Positions 50,113-60,754 of a stretch of 64,000 nucleotides of DNA are shown piece after piece (the first letter of the stretch is position 1; every line of letters starts with the position of its first letter). The position numbers and the translations under genes are program-made. The stretch comes from Thermodesulfobium acidiphilum (GTDB lineage: Bacteria; Thermodesulfobiota; Thermodesulfobiia; Thermodesulfobiales; Thermodesulfobiaceae), in the NCBI RefSeq assembly GCF_003057965.1, contig NZ_CP020921.1, positions 1,290,916-1,354,915 of the forward strand. The letters are read 5' to 3'. The notes beneath the pieces were generated by a model. It had not been told where the DNA came from and did not search any database. It was given only the letters and a program-made list of their open reading frames with translations.

Positions 50113-51161
50113 TATCTGGTCTTTCCTTTTAAATATAGAATATAAATAAAAAAGGGCGCTCCCAAAAATGATGTAATTGCTCCAATAGGCAAAATAACAG
50201 GTGAAAAAATTGTTCTGCTGACGATATCTGCTATTATAAGCAATATTGCACCCGACAATGCACTGGCAGGCAAAATAAATCTGTAATCAAAATCTATTAT
50301 TCTTCTCATCGCCTGAGGCGCTACTAATCCAATAAAACCTATTATTCCCAAAAATGACACTATCACTGCAGTTATAAGAGAAGATATTATCATTGATATA
50401 AATCTTATCTTATCGACATTAATACCCAAACTCTTAGCACTTTCATCGCCTATTTCCATTGCATTATAGTTCAGACTGTTCAACAAAAAATATACAAAAG
50501 AAAAGGTTACTACAACAAACATTATCAAAATCTCATTCCAGTAAGCACGACCTACATCACCAAAAGTCCAAAAAACCATACTAGCAACTGCTACCTCATT
50601 TGAAAAATACTGAAGTATAATGATCATAGCCGAAAAGAGCGCCCCAAGAGCTACTCCCGAAAGAACTATAGACTCAGGACTAAAACCTTTGAGTTTTGCC
50701 AGAAATATTATTGTAAAGGTAGATATAAGCGATCCAAAAAAGGCACAAGCAGTAACGAAATATGGATTATTGATTATTATATTCGACCCAAGAGAACCTT
50801 GACCCAACATCACTATCCCCACACAAGCTCCAAATGCTGCTCCCTGAGAAACGCCCAGCGTAAAGGGTGAAGCAAGCGGATTTCTCAAAACGTTTTGCAT
50901 CACACAGCCTGCTATTGAAAGCCCAACTCCAGCTACAAATGATGAGGCTATTCTTGGAAACCGCACATTAAACAAAACTGCGCCCTCTCTCGAACCCGGG
51001 TTAAAAAAGGAAAAAATAATATCTGAAAAACTAATGTTAAACGTGCCAGTCTTTGTAGAAAATATTATAAATAGCAAAGATAAAATAAAAAGCAATATCA
51101 CAATGAAAATTTTTTTCTTGTAATAACTTTTATAACTCTTCAAAATATCTTCTTTGTTCAT
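50112..51161 (-). CDS. FecCD/BtuC-family permease
   Basis: RFPR, LRNPLASPFTLGVSQGA, GIIGFIGLVAP. Confidence 0.92.
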   Translation of the reverse strand: MNKEDILKSYKSYYKKKIFIVILLFILSLLFIIFSTKTGTFNISFSDIIFSFFNPGSREGAVLFNVRFPRIASSFVAGVGLSIAGCVMQNVLRNPLASPFTLGVSQGAAFGACVGIVMLGQGSLGSNIIINNPYFVTACAFFGSLISTFTIIFLAKLKGFSPESIVLSGVALGALFSAMIIILQYFSNEVAVASMVFWTFGDVGRAYWNEILIMFVVVTFSFVYFLLNSLNYNAMEIGDESAKSLGINVDKIRFISMIISSLITAVIVSFLGIIGFIGLVAPQAMRRIIDFDYRFILPASALSGAILLIIADIVSRTIFSPVILPIGAITSFLGAPFFIYILYLKGKTR

Positions 51162-52255
51162 AAAACTTTAAAATCTATTTTTACAAATCCAGGATAATTT
51201 TTCGTAATTTCATTGAACATAGATTTTCCCAAAAATTCTTTAAATATCTCATCTGCTTTTGTATTAATATTTACGTCAGAAAATCTTTCAGGATAGATAA
51301 CTTTGCCAGCAAAATAGGTGTCTATCAAGGCTATCTCTACATTTGTAGCATAATAATTAAATGGTAGCTGCCCATAGATCTTATTGTTTTTGAATGCTTT
51401 TAATTTATCATAAAATGCCCTATTTTTTTTATAGTCCTCTTTTACCAAGGGCAATCCCCCCTCGTCAAGAAATATAATATCGGGATTTAACTTTATTAGA
51501 TATTCTTTATCCAGCATCAAGCTACCAGAACCCTTTATTTCATCAGCAACGTTTTTTGCATTAATTAAAGTAAAAGGAAGATATCTTGCCTGTGTACTTT
51601 CAATCCCGTGAACACCAGCCATTCCAAGCGCTCCTACATAAACGCTAGGTTTTTTATCAGGTAAAATATCTTTTGTTCTATTCCTTAAATCTTCTTCTAT
51701 ACCTTTTATATAGCCGATTAGCTGATTTGCCCTATCAGATTTACCTGAAACCTCACCTATAACTCTTAAAGAGTTATATATATCATTTATATCAAGACTA
51801 GCAAGCTGGCCATAGCTAAGCAATATTACAGGTATATTTGTCTTAGATTGAATTGCATCAGCCTGATCCTTCGTTAAATATGCAGCAAATATCACATCAG
51901 GCTTCACAGCTATGATACTTTCCAGATTGGGATTTGGACGAGGACCTCCTTGACCTATCCCTGGCAAATTTTTTAACTGTGGATATGCAAGAATATATGG
52001 TCGTGAGGTAGCGCCCCATTCTTTTTCTGAATCCTCTACTCCTACTACTGAATCTGCGAGCTTCATATAACAGACAAGTCTGAGCGCACCTGGTCCTATT
52101 GCCACAATTCTTTTTACTGGCCTCTCTTTCAGAACAACCTTTCTTCCAAAAACATCGGTAACGGTTAAATTAGAATTATCTTCCTGGGTTAAATTATTAC
52201 AACCCGAAAGAAAAAATAACGCAGTTATTAAAAAAAGTATCTTTAGAAATTTCAT
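51158..52255 (-). CDS. Class III (BtuF/FecB-like) substrate-binding lipoprotein
   Basis: Lipobox LSGC, TDVFGRKV, PNLESIIAVKPDVI. Confidence 0.9.
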   Translation of the reverse strand: MKFLKILFLITALFFLSGCNNLTQEDNSNLTVTDVFGRKVVLKERPVKRIVAIGPGALRLVCYMKLADSVVGVEDSEKEWGATSRPYILAYPQLKNLPGIGQGGPRPNPNLESIIAVKPDVIFAAYLTKDQADAIQSKTNIPVILLSYGQLASLDINDIYNSLRVIGEVSGKSDRANQLIGYIKGIEEDLRNRTKDILPDKKPSVYVGALGMAGVHGIESTQARYLPFTLINAKNVADEIKGSGSLMLDKEYLIKLNPDIIFLDEGGLPLVKEDYKKNRAFYDKLKAFKNNKIYGQLPFNYYATNVEIALIDTYFAGKVIYPERFSDVNINTKADEIFKEFLGKSMFNEITKNYPGFVKIDFKVL

Positions 52256-53010
52256 TGTAAAATTGAATTTATAAGATTTAGGTCTTCAATAGTTAGTTTT
52301 TCGCCTTTGAGATTTGCCTTTGAGATCTCTCTATTAAACGGCAAAAATCCATTTACTTTTATTTTTTTCTCAGCAAGCAGTCTCTCAAGTTCCAATTTGC
52401 TCTCATCACTAACTTTGTTCAATATTACTTTATATGGTTTGGCATGCCTTCCCTCTGAGATTAAACCTATAGTTTTCTCACAAAGCGCAATTGATTCAAA
52501 AGATGGTTCTATAACAAGCCAGACGAGATCTATAGCTTCGTGTACGCCTCTTCCAAAGTGTTCTATCCCTGCTTCAGTATCCACCAAAACATATTGATTA
52601 TCCTTAACTTTTAACTTTTTTAAAAACTCCCTTGTTACTGCCCCCATTGGGCAGGCACAGCCCTCCATACCGTGTTCAATTTTACCAGTTCGAATAAAAC
52701 CTATATTGTCCTTCCATGAAGAAAACTTTTTCAAATCCTCAAATGTGAGTTCATTTATAAACATTGGAGTTTTTTCTTTCCCCTCAGATTTTAAAAAAGA
52801 TAGAAGAGCTTTCTTTACCTCAGCCTTACCACCAAGATATCCCATTAAGGTTTTTTCAGAATCGATCCCAAGCATGTTTGAAAGACAAAGATTTGATTCA
52901 TCAGCATCCAATACAAAAACCTCGCCCCTTTTTGAAAGGGTGTTAGCAGCAATTGCTGTAAGGGTACTCTTTCCGCATCCGCCTCTTCCGCAAACTAAAA
53001 TCTTCGGCAT
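52252..53010 (-). CDS. CooC/AcsF-like nickel-insertion ATPase (MinD family)
   Basis: GRGGCGKST deviant Walker A, DADES, EGCACPMG CXC motif, DTEAGIEHFGRG; ATG 53010 after AGGAGG. Confidence 0.88.
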   Translation of the reverse strand: MPKILVCGRGGCGKSTLTAIAANTLSKRGEVFVLDADESNLCLSNMLGIDSEKTLMGYLGGKAEVKKALLSFLKSEGKEKTPMFINELTFEDLKKFSSWKDNIGFIRTGKIEHGMEGCACPMGAVTREFLKKLKVKDNQYVLVDTEAGIEHFGRGVHEAIDLVWLVIEPSFESIALCEKTIGLISEGRHAKPYKVILNKVSDESKLELERLLAEKKIKVNGFLPFNREISKANLKGEKLTIEDLNLINSILQ

Positions 53011-53035
53011 AATTAATAAACCTCCTAAATAAGAT

Positions 53036-53090
53036 AAGCCATAAAGGCTAATAACACAAGTTGTTGTGCATATAACAGCCTTCATGGCTT
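53036..53090 (-). promoter_or_regulatory. Long hairpin in the leader of the cooC-like operon
   Basis: 14-bp outer stem AAGCCAUGAAGGCU/AGCCUUUAUGGCUU and inner stem GCACAA/UUGUGU; function unknown. Confidence 0.6.
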
Positions 53091-53252
53091 CTAAAAAGAG
53101 TTCTACTCTTTGTTTTTTTATTATACAATAAGTTCTAATTTTATAATAATTTTGAATACTATAGTAAGGTTTAAAGTGTAATTATGAGATAATAATTCCT
53201 TAATAAAGGACCGGTTTTTTAAAATTTTAATATTCAATTCGGAGGTAAAAAA

Positions 53253-54131
53253 ATGAGAATTGATCCACAAACAACTAATGTAGGTTTCATTGGTACAGGG
53301 GTAATGGGAAAAAATATGGCCGGGCATATTCTAGATGCTGGATACAAACTTTTTGTCTATAATAGAACCAAATCAAAAACTGAAGAACTTTTAAAAAAGG
53401 GAGCTATATTTTTACCAATTGATGAATTAGCCAGAACTTGTAATCTGGTAATAACTATGGTTGGATTTCCAAAAGACGTTGAAGAAGTTTATTTAGGAGA
53501 TAATGGGCTTCTAAAAAATGCAAGGAAAGATTCAATTTTAATTGATATGACTACTTCTCCTCCTTCTCTCGCCGTAAAAATAGATACAGAAGCAAAAAGG
53601 AGGGGCATATATTTCCTGGATGCACCAGTTTCTGGTGGTGACATTGGTGCAAAAAATGCTACCCTCTCTATAATGGTCGGTGGAAATAAGGAAATTTTTA
53701 ATACTGTTCTTCCAATCTTTAATCTAATGGGTAAAAATATCGTTTATCAAGGAAAGGCTGGTTCAGGTCAACACACTAAGATGTGTAATCAAATTGTAAT
53801 AGCTACAAATATGATAGGTGTAGCAGAATCACTTTGTTATGCTATCAAATCAGGACTTGATCCGGAAAAAGTACTAAAGAGCATCGGAGGTGGTGCTGCC
53901 GGTAGTTGGTCTCTGACAAATCTTGGGCCAAAGATGTTAAAAGGAGATTTCGCTCCTGGATTTTATGTAAAACACTTTATAAAGGATATGAAAATAGCGC
54001 TTGATGAAGCAATAAAAATGGGAATAAAACTTCCTGGATTAGAGCTTGCTCTCTCATTATATGAAGAACTATCAAAAATAGGCGAAGATAATAGCGGCAC
54101 CCAGGCAATATTTAAATTGTATATGAAATAA
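53253..54131 (+). CDS. NAD(P)-dependent beta-hydroxyacid dehydrogenase (HIBADH/YkwC family)
   Basis: GFIGTGVMG, LDAPVSGGD, GQHTKMCNQ. Confidence 0.92.
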   Translation: MRIDPQTTNVGFIGTGVMGKNMAGHILDAGYKLFVYNRTKSKTEELLKKGAIFLPIDELARTCNLVITMVGFPKDVEEVYLGDNGLLKNARKDSILIDMTTSPPSLAVKIDTEAKRRGIYFLDAPVSGGDIGAKNATLSIMVGGNKEIFNTVLPIFNLMGKNIVYQGKAGSGQHTKMCNQIVIATNMIGVAESLCYAIKSGLDPEKVLKSIGGGAAGSWSLTNLGPKMLKGDFAPGFYVKHFIKDMKIALDEAIKMGIKLPGLELALSLYEELSKIGEDNSGTQAIFKLYMK

Positions 54132-54138
54132 AATAAAG

Positions 54139-54172
54139 AGCGCAAAAACACTCGAAGGAGGTGTTTTGCGCT
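54139..54172. terminator. Terminator between convergent genes
   Basis: AGCGCAAAA(A)CAC..GTGTTTTGCGCT stem. Confidence 0.7.
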
Positions 54173-54179
54173 ATAAAGT

Positions 54180-54830
54180 TTAATAACTTTGATAAATCAT
54201 CCTTTTTTGCTGATTTCTTGCTATAACCGAAAGAGTATAGTTAATTACAAAATACGTTGATGCTATCATCCCAAATAACACAAAAACTTGTGCTGGCTCT
54301 GCATATTGTCCCATAATTATCATCCCCCTGCCCGTTAACTCTTCGATGCCAACAGCCCATGTAAAAGATGTATCCTTTATGGTTGTAATAAATTGTGAAA
54401 TAAGAGGTGGTATAACTTTTCTTATGGCTTGTGGCAATACTATATAAATAAGCGTTTGAGTATAACTAAGACCTTGCGAAGCAGCAGCTTCCCACTGACC
54501 TTTATCGATTGAATTAAGCCCCCCTCTAACAATTTCTGCTATCATTGCAGTAGTAAAAATAGTCATAGCAAGAATAGCCGCATGTATTGGGGGGATGGGT
54601 ATCATAAATCTGCAAGCAAGTATAAACAACAAAAGTGGGATGTTTCTAATAGAATCTATATAAATTGAAGCAATCTGGCTAACAAAAGGCTTTCTTGAAT
54701 ATTTTGCTACTCCAAGAATTATTCCAAAAAACGTACTAAAAATTATGGTAAATACTGCTATAGTAAGAGTTACCTGCAATCCTTTTAGTAGAAAAATTAA
54801 AATATTAGGAGCAAAAAGTTCTTCTATCAT
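54180..54830 (-). CDS. Polar amino acid ABC permease (GlnP-like)
   Basis: RNIPLL, AEIVRGG..GQWEAA, KDTS. Confidence 0.92.
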   Translation of the reverse strand: MIEELFAPNILIFLLKGLQVTLTIAVFTIIFSTFFGIILGVAKYSRKPFVSQIASIYIDSIRNIPLLLFILACRFMIPIPPIHAAILAMTIFTTAMIAEIVRGGLNSIDKGQWEAAASQGLSYTQTLIYIVLPQAIRKVIPPLISQFITTIKDTSFTWAVGIEELTGRGMIIMGQYAEPAQVFVLFGMIASTYFVINYTLSVIARNQQKRMIYQSY

Positions 54831-55504
54831 GGATTCATCTTAGCCTTTCTTTCAAGATAATCAGCAAACCTAGCAAGTGGCAAGCAAAGACTTAAATATA
54901 ATAGACCTACTACCACATATGCTGGCCCATAATATAAATTATTGCTTGACCATGAATCTGCATGATACATCAGATCTCCTCCAGCTACCATAGCCATTAC
55001 TGAAGTATTTTTTATCAAACTGACAGCCTGATTAGTTAAAGGAGGAAATATTATTATCTTTGCCTGAGGTAAAATTATATATCTCATAGCTTGCCAGAAG
55101 GTAAAACCTTGAGAATATGCAGCTTCCAATTGGCCTCTGTGAATAGCCTGAATTCCTGCCCTTATAACCTCTGCAATATATGCTCCGTGATAGACTCCTA
55201 CTCCAATTACCCCAACAGCAAAAACAGGTAAAACTATATCCAGATGTGGAAGACCATTATAAAGAAAAAACACCTGTATTACTAAAGGGGTATTTTGGAT
55301 AAATTCAACATATATCCGATTAATTATTTTAGCACTTCTAAATTGACTGGTTGCAAGAACACCAAAGATTAAGCCTAATACAAGCGCTAATAAGAGACCA
55401 AGAAATGAAACTGATATTGTAGTAAAGAAACCCTCTGCAAAGATCCTCCAATCAGAAAATAATTTCTCCCATTTAAATAATGCAAAGGGTCCCGTTTCAA
55501 ACAC
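54827..55504 (-). CDS. Polar amino acid ABC permease (GlnM-like)
   Basis: [23 protein letters not shown]. Confidence 0.92.
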   Translation of the reverse strand: MFETGPFALFKWEKLFSDWRIFAEGFFTTISVSFLGLLLALVLGLIFGVLATSQFRSAKIINRIYVEFIQNTPLVIQVFFLYNGLPHLDIVLPVFAVGVIGVGVYHGAYIAEVIRAGIQAIHRGQLEAAYSQGFTFWQAMRYIILPQAKIIIFPPLTNQAVSLIKNTSVMAMVAGGDLMYHADSWSSNNLYYGPAYVVVGLLYLSLCLPLARFADYLERKAKMNP

Positions 55505-56316
55505 TACTTAAGTCCCCACTTCTCCTTTAACTTCTGAAGTGTGCCATCTTTTTGCATTTCTTCAAGAGTTGAGTTCACTAATTTAAGCAGGCCGTCATTT
55601 CCTTTTTTCATCGCTATACCATAATTTTGTGGAGCAAATCTGTCAGGAAGTATGGTAGTAGAATCGTCAACATAACCATAAAGTATTGCACCATCTGTAG
55701 AAAAGGCTTGAACTCTTCCAGATTCAAGTGCTGCCTTTATTTCTGGATAACTAGCAAATTCAAGCACATTGACCTTTATACCTTTTGCTTTTGCCTCAGC
55801 CTCTATTGCACCCTTTGTAGTTGCACTTTGTGCAACCCCAATTGTTTTGCCATTCAAATCTGTAAAACTCTTAATACCAGAATCTTTTTTTACCAAAAGT
55901 GCTACTCCATCAGTAAAATACGGTATTGAAAAGTTAAAACTTTTTTCTCTTTCTGGAGTAATAGTAAAGGTTGCAATAACCATGTCAACTTCACCGTTAT
56001 CCAAAAGAGGACCCCTCGTTTTAGGTGTAACAGCTATCAAATTAACTTTATCAGGATTACCAAGGATCTTTTTTGCCATTTCGTGAGCAATATCAATTTC
56101 AAATCCTTCAACCTTACCTGTCTTTGGATCCTTATATCCAAACTTTGGAACATCGTACTTTACACCTACATTAAGAATACCTCGATCTTTGATGGCCTTA
56201 ATGTCTGGTGGCACTGCAGAACTCTCCTGAGGCTTTTGCGCTTGTTGAGAGCATCCAGTAATAACAAAACCCAGAAAAATAACAATGCCTAAAAACAATA
56301 ACTTCAAATTCTTCAT
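55504..56316 (-). CDS. Gln/Glu/Asp-binding lipoprotein (GlnH/PEB1a-like)
   Basis: Lipobox ITGC, GVKYDVPKFG, ATFTITPER. Confidence 0.92.
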   Translation of the reverse strand: MKNLKLLFLGIVIFLGFVITGCSQQAQKPQESSAVPPDIKAIKDRGILNVGVKYDVPKFGYKDPKTGKVEGFEIDIAHEMAKKILGNPDKVNLIAVTPKTRGPLLDNGEVDMVIATFTITPEREKSFNFSIPYFTDGVALLVKKDSGIKSFTDLNGKTIGVAQSATTKGAIEAEAKAKGIKVNVLEFASYPEIKAALESGRVQAFSTDGAILYGYVDDSTTILPDRFAPQNYGIAMKKGNDGLLKLVNSTLEEMQKDGTLQKLKEKWGLK

Positions 56317-56367
56317 TTTTATTCCTCCTTTTTTTAAATTTACTAAAACTTTTATTAAAAGCTAAAT

Positions 56368-57102
56368 TTAGACCTGAATCTTGTTTAACTTTTCAAGAAA
56401 AGCCTGAGTTCTTTCATGTTGAGGATTATTGAAAATCTGATCTGGGGTGCCTGTTTCAATGATCTGACCATCGTCCATAAAAACAATTCTATCTGCAGCT
56501 TGTTTTGCAAAACCCATTTCGTGCGTTACTACAATCATCGTCATCCCCTCTTTTGCAAGAGCTACCATAATATCAAGAACTTCCTGAATCATTTCGGGAT
56601 CAAGAGCCGATGTAGGCTCATCAAACAGCAAAAGATCAGGTTTCATATTCAAAGCCCTTGCAATCGCAACTCTTTGTTGCTGCCCACCAGAAAGTTGAGA
56701 TGGATATTTATTATATACATCCTTCAAGCCGACCTTCTCAAGAAGAGCAATTGCGCTTTTTTCAACTTCATTTCTATCTCTCTTTTCAACAAGAATCGGC
56801 GCAAGCATCACATTCTCAAGTGCCGTCTTATGTGGGTAAAGATTAAAATGTTGAAAAACCATGCCTATTTTTTGTCTTACTTTATTTAGCTGAATTTTAT
56901 TAGCAGTTATTTCCACACCGTTTACAAAGATCTTGCCAGATGATGGCTTCTCTAAAAAGTTAATACATCTTATCAAAGTACTTTTTCCTGAACCACTTGG
57001 TCCCATTATTACCAGTCTCTCTTTGAACTTTACATGAAGATTGATATCTTTAAGAACGTGATGAGTACCAAAGTATTTGTTTACATGCTCCATTTTTACC
57101 AT
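56368..57102 (-). CDS. glnQ: Polar amino acid ABC ATPase
   Basis: [31 protein letters not shown] 57102 after GGAGGG. Confidence 0.9.
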   Translation of the reverse strand: MVKMEHVNKYFGTHHVLKDINLHVKFKERLVIMGPSGSGKSTLIRCINFLEKPSSGKIFVNGVEITANKIQLNKVRQKIGMVFQHFNLYPHKTALENVMLAPILVEKRDRNEVEKSAIALLEKVGLKDVYNKYPSQLSGGQQQRVAIARALNMKPDLLLFDEPTSALDPEMIQEVLDIMVALAKEGMTMIVVTHEMGFAKQAADRIVFMDDGQIIETGTPDQIFNNPQHERTQAFLEKLNKIQV

Positions 57103-57277
57103 AAAATTTTTACCCTCCACAAATAAAAAGAAAACGTTCGATTGTATATTATACATTAAAACTTGATTAAATTTTAATTAAAATTATATAAAATTTTATA
57201 TAAGATATTTTTATACATTTTAAAGAAAAATTTGATATGATTATATTTAAATTTATATTATTAAGGAGGTAAGAAAA

Positions 57278-57556
57278 TTGAATTTGGATCAAATTATTAA
57301 GATTTCTAATGCTTTAGCAAATGATTCAAGGTTTAAAATCCTTCAATCGATTTCTTCAAACCCTAAAATTTCTTGCACTGAAGTCATTAAAGCTCTTGAC
57401 ATAACTCAACCAGCAGTCTCTCATCACTTAAAAATTTTAAACGATGCAGGTTTAATTGAAATAAACAGAAAGGGTCAATATGGATTATGCTCTTTAAACA
57501 ATGCTGTTCTAGAAGACTACCTAAAATCAATACAAAAAATATTTTTAAAAAGGTAA
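57278..57556 (+). CDS. ArsR/SmtB-family transcriptional regulator
   Basis: ALANDSRFKIL, TQPAVSHHLKILNDAGLI. Confidence 0.92.
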   Translation: MNLDQIIKISNALANDSRFKILQSISSNPKISCTEVIKALDITQPAVSHHLKILNDAGLIEINRKGQYGLCSLNNAVLEDYLKSIQKIFLKR

Positions 57557-57713
57557 AACCAGGATTTTAAATCTTGTTGTTTTTAATACATAAAATAACC
57601 TTTTCTTTGATTTTTTATTTCAAAAAATTAAAGAACTAACTAAATTTTATTTTATCCTCATAAGATTAATAAGTGATATATAATTTTATTCAGATACTGT
57701 TTTAAAGAAGGAG

Positions 57714-59462
57714 TTGAAAGATATATATTTTAGACTTTTGAAATATCTAAAACCATATGTAAAATATTTTGTTTTAGCACTATTTTTTATGTGTTTAGTC
57801 TCGGCAATCATGGTAGCCATTCCTTGGACTTTAAAAGTTTTGATAGATTCTGCACTAATAAAGAAAAACGCCTTTATTTTAAATATTTTAGCCTTGTCAA
57901 TGATAGGTTTATATATAATCAAAGGAATACTAAGCTTTTGCCAGAATTATCTAATGATTTATATTACAAATAGCGTAATATCTGATATTAGGGAGCAGTT
58001 TTTTACTCATATGCAACTGATGCCTCTAGAATTCTTTAAAAAACACTCTACAGGTGAGTTGATGTCCAGATTGACAAACGATACATTTATATTACAGCAA
58101 GTTTTTTCTACAGGTTTAGTAAGCTTAGTGCTTGATACTCTTACTTTAATTGGAGTAGTTTGTTTTATATTTTATATTGATTGGAAACTAACGATGGCTA
58201 CAATATTTATTTTACCTCTTGCATTTTTAGCAGTTCAAAAGTTTGGCAGGAGATTAAAGAGCGTCAGCTATAGAATTCAAGAAAGGTCTGCTGACGTCTT
58301 TGCAGTTTTGCAAGAGATTCTCTCCTCTATCAAAATAGTACATGGTTTTGCGACTTATGAAAAAGAAAGCGAACGCTTTAAGAAAATAAATAGAGAATCA
58401 GTTAAAGCAGTTTTAAAGGCTGGTAGACTTAATTCTATTTATACCCCAGTGATGGAACTATTAGGAGCAATGGGAATAGCAGCTGTATTTTGGTATGGTG
58501 GCTATAGAGTTATAAATGGCCATATGACCATAGGAGATCTTATGGCATTTATTGGTTATATTGGTATCATCACCACTCCTGTAAGAAGAATGGGTTCAAA
58601 TCTTGGAAATATCCAACAGGCAATGGCTGCAGCACATAGAATATTTTCTGTTCTCGATATAGAACCTAGTATAAAGGATAAAGAGGACGCAATCGAAATT
58701 CAAGAAATTAAAGGCATGATCGAATTTGAAAACGTGTGGTTCAAGTATCCTGATGACGAAGAGTATATTCTAAAAGGATTAAGCTTTAGGATAATGCCTG
58801 GTCAAGTTTTTGCAATTGTTGGGCCTTCAGGAGCTGGAAAAACTACTATCATTGATCTAATTATGAGATTTTATGACCCTCAAAGTGGAAGCATTAAAAT
58901 CGACGGCTATGATGTAAGGGATTTATCTATGAGATCTCTTAGAAGGCATTTGGGACTTGTACCACAAGATATCATACTTTTTAACACAACAATTTCTGAA
59001 AATATTTCATATGGAAAAAATGACGCTACTACTGAAGATATAATTTGGGCTGCAAAAATATCAAACGCACACGATTTTATTGATAAGATGGAAAAAGGAT
59101 ATGATACTGTTCTGGGCGAAAGAGGAGTAAGATTTTCAGGAGGAGAAAGACAAAGAATTTCTATTGCACGCGCTGTAATAAAAAATCCAAAGATATTCTT
59201 GTTAGATGAAGCAACGTCCAATCTTGATGCCTCTTCTGAATCTCAGTTTCAAGAAGCTCTTAAGAGAGTTTTAAAAGGAAGAACCACTATAATAGTTGCT
59301 CACAGACTCTCAACAGTAATATTTGCAGATAAAATCCTGTATCTAGAAAACGGAAAAATAGTTGAAGAAGGTACCCACAGTGAACTAATGAGCAAAGAAA
59401 ATGGAAAATATAGAATGCTATTTGAACTTCAAACAAAAGAAAATATGTTCGCTTCACTATGA
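57714..59462 (+). CDS. msbA: Lipid A flippase MsbA-like ABC exporter
   Basis: Fused TMD-NBD (GPSGAGKT, SGGERQR, LDEATS); heads the waaA-lpxK-kdsB operon. Confidence 0.8.
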   Translation: MKDIYFRLLKYLKPYVKYFVLALFFMCLVSAIMVAIPWTLKVLIDSALIKKNAFILNILALSMIGLYIIKGILSFCQNYLMIYITNSVISDIREQFFTHMQLMPLEFFKKHSTGELMSRLTNDTFILQQVFSTGLVSLVLDTLTLIGVVCFIFYIDWKLTMATIFILPLAFLAVQKFGRRLKSVSYRIQERSADVFAVLQEILSSIKIVHGFATYEKESERFKKINRESVKAVLKAGRLNSIYTPVMELLGAMGIAAVFWYGGYRVINGHMTIGDLMAFIGYIGIITTPVRRMGSNLGNIQQAMAAAHRIFSVLDIEPSIKDKEDAIEIQEIKGMIEFENVWFKYPDDEEYILKGLSFRIMPGQVFAIVGPSGAGKTTIIDLIMRFYDPQSGSIKIDGYDVRDLSMRSLRRHLGLVPQDIILFNTTISENISYGKNDATTEDIIWAAKISNAHDFIDKMEKGYDTVLGERGVRFSGGERQRISIARAVIKNPKIFLLDEATSNLDASSESQFQEALKRVLKGRTTIIVAHRLSTVIFADKILYLENGKIVEEGTHSELMSKENGKYRMLFELQTKENMFASL

Positions 59463-60754
59463 AGTTTCGATCAGCAATATACGATCTTTTATTATTAATT
59501 GCTTCAATGTATGTTATTTTAAAATCTATCTCTAACGAGGGTTATAGGAAAACTATAAAATATAGATTTACTCTTTCTAAAAATGAACCGGTAATAAAAG
59601 ATTTTAAAAATCAGCAAAAAAAGAGTTCTTTTAATGGCTTGTGGATTCATGCAGCTTCTGTAGGAGAAGTTTTAGGAGCAGTAAATCTTATTAACAAAAT
59701 AAAACTCGAATATGAAAATTATCCAATATTTCTTACTGTAACTAATTATGCAGCACTAAAACTAATTAGAGAAAAATATCCCGACATTTATGTTAGGATA
59801 TCTCCTCTAGATTTCAGCTGGCTAATTTCAAAATTGTGTTCTATTCTACAGGTTCCAAATATCGTTATTGTTGAAGCCGAATATTGGCCTAATTTAATAG
59901 ATATCTTTTCTAAACATGGGCGGATATTTCACATCAGCACTAGATTTAGTAAAAAAGCTTTTAACAGATATAAGAGTTTTAATTTTTTGTTTAAAGACAT
60001 ATTTTCAAAAATTACCGCCTTTTTTGCGAAAACTGAAGACGATAAGAATAATTTAATTAAGTATGGAATAAAGGAAAATAAAGTGTTTACAGTTGGAGAC
60101 ATTAAAGCCTATCAAAATTACAAAGATTTCTGTTCAGAAGAAAATATATTTGATCTAGTAGCAGGTAGCACCCACAGGGGGGAGGAATCAATTTTGATAA
60201 AATTGTATTTGAAGTTTGAGAAGAATATATCGCTCGCAATTGCTCCCAGACACCTTTCAAGATTGGACGAAGTGATAATCGAATTAAAAAGAAATAATAT
60301 TAAATTCCTATTATGGTCAAAAGATAAAGATTTTATAAAGAGATATAAAAATCAAAAATCAATTATCTTGATAGATACAATGGGAGAGCTTTCTGATATA
60401 TATTCTCTTGGAAAAATTGGCTTTGTTGGTGGTACGCTTCAAAAGATTGGTGGACACAATCTATTTGAACCAGCAATATGTTCTAGACCAGTACTTTTCG
60501 GAAAATATTATCAAAGACAATCGTTTATGGCAGATACATTATTAAGAGAAAATAAAGAAATTTCAAATAACACACATAAAGGGGCTTATGTGATAGAAAA
60601 CTTTGAACAATTCTATAAGTTAGTAAAATATTTGCTTCAAGACAATAATTGGCTTGAAGAGGGGAAAATAGCCAGAAAGAAATTTGAATATGCCTCACAT
60701 TCTCTTGAAAGAACCTATAATCTCTTGAAGGACAAGTTTAATGTTTTTGTATGA
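59459..60754 (+). CDS. waaA: 3-deoxy-D-manno-octulosonic acid transferase
   Basis: WIHAASVGE, AGSTH, APRH, DTMGEL, GGHNLFEP. Confidence 0.94.
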   Translation: MKFRSAIYDLLLLIASMYVILKSISNEGYRKTIKYRFTLSKNEPVIKDFKNQQKKSSFNGLWIHAASVGEVLGAVNLINKIKLEYENYPIFLTVTNYAALKLIREKYPDIYVRISPLDFSWLISKLCSILQVPNIVIVEAEYWPNLIDIFSKHGRIFHISTRFSKKAFNRYKSFNFLFKDIFSKITAFFAKTEDDKNNLIKYGIKENKVFTVGDIKAYQNYKDFCSEENIFDLVAGSTHRGEESILIKLYLKFEKNISLAIAPRHLSRLDEVIIELKRNNIKFLLWSKDKDFIKRYKNQKSIILIDTMGELSDIYSLGKIGFVGGTLQKIGGHNLFEPAICSRPVLFGKYYQRQSFMADTLLRENKEISNNTHKGAYVIENFEQFYKLVKYLLQDNNWLEEGKIARKKFEYASHSLERTYNLLKDKFNVFV

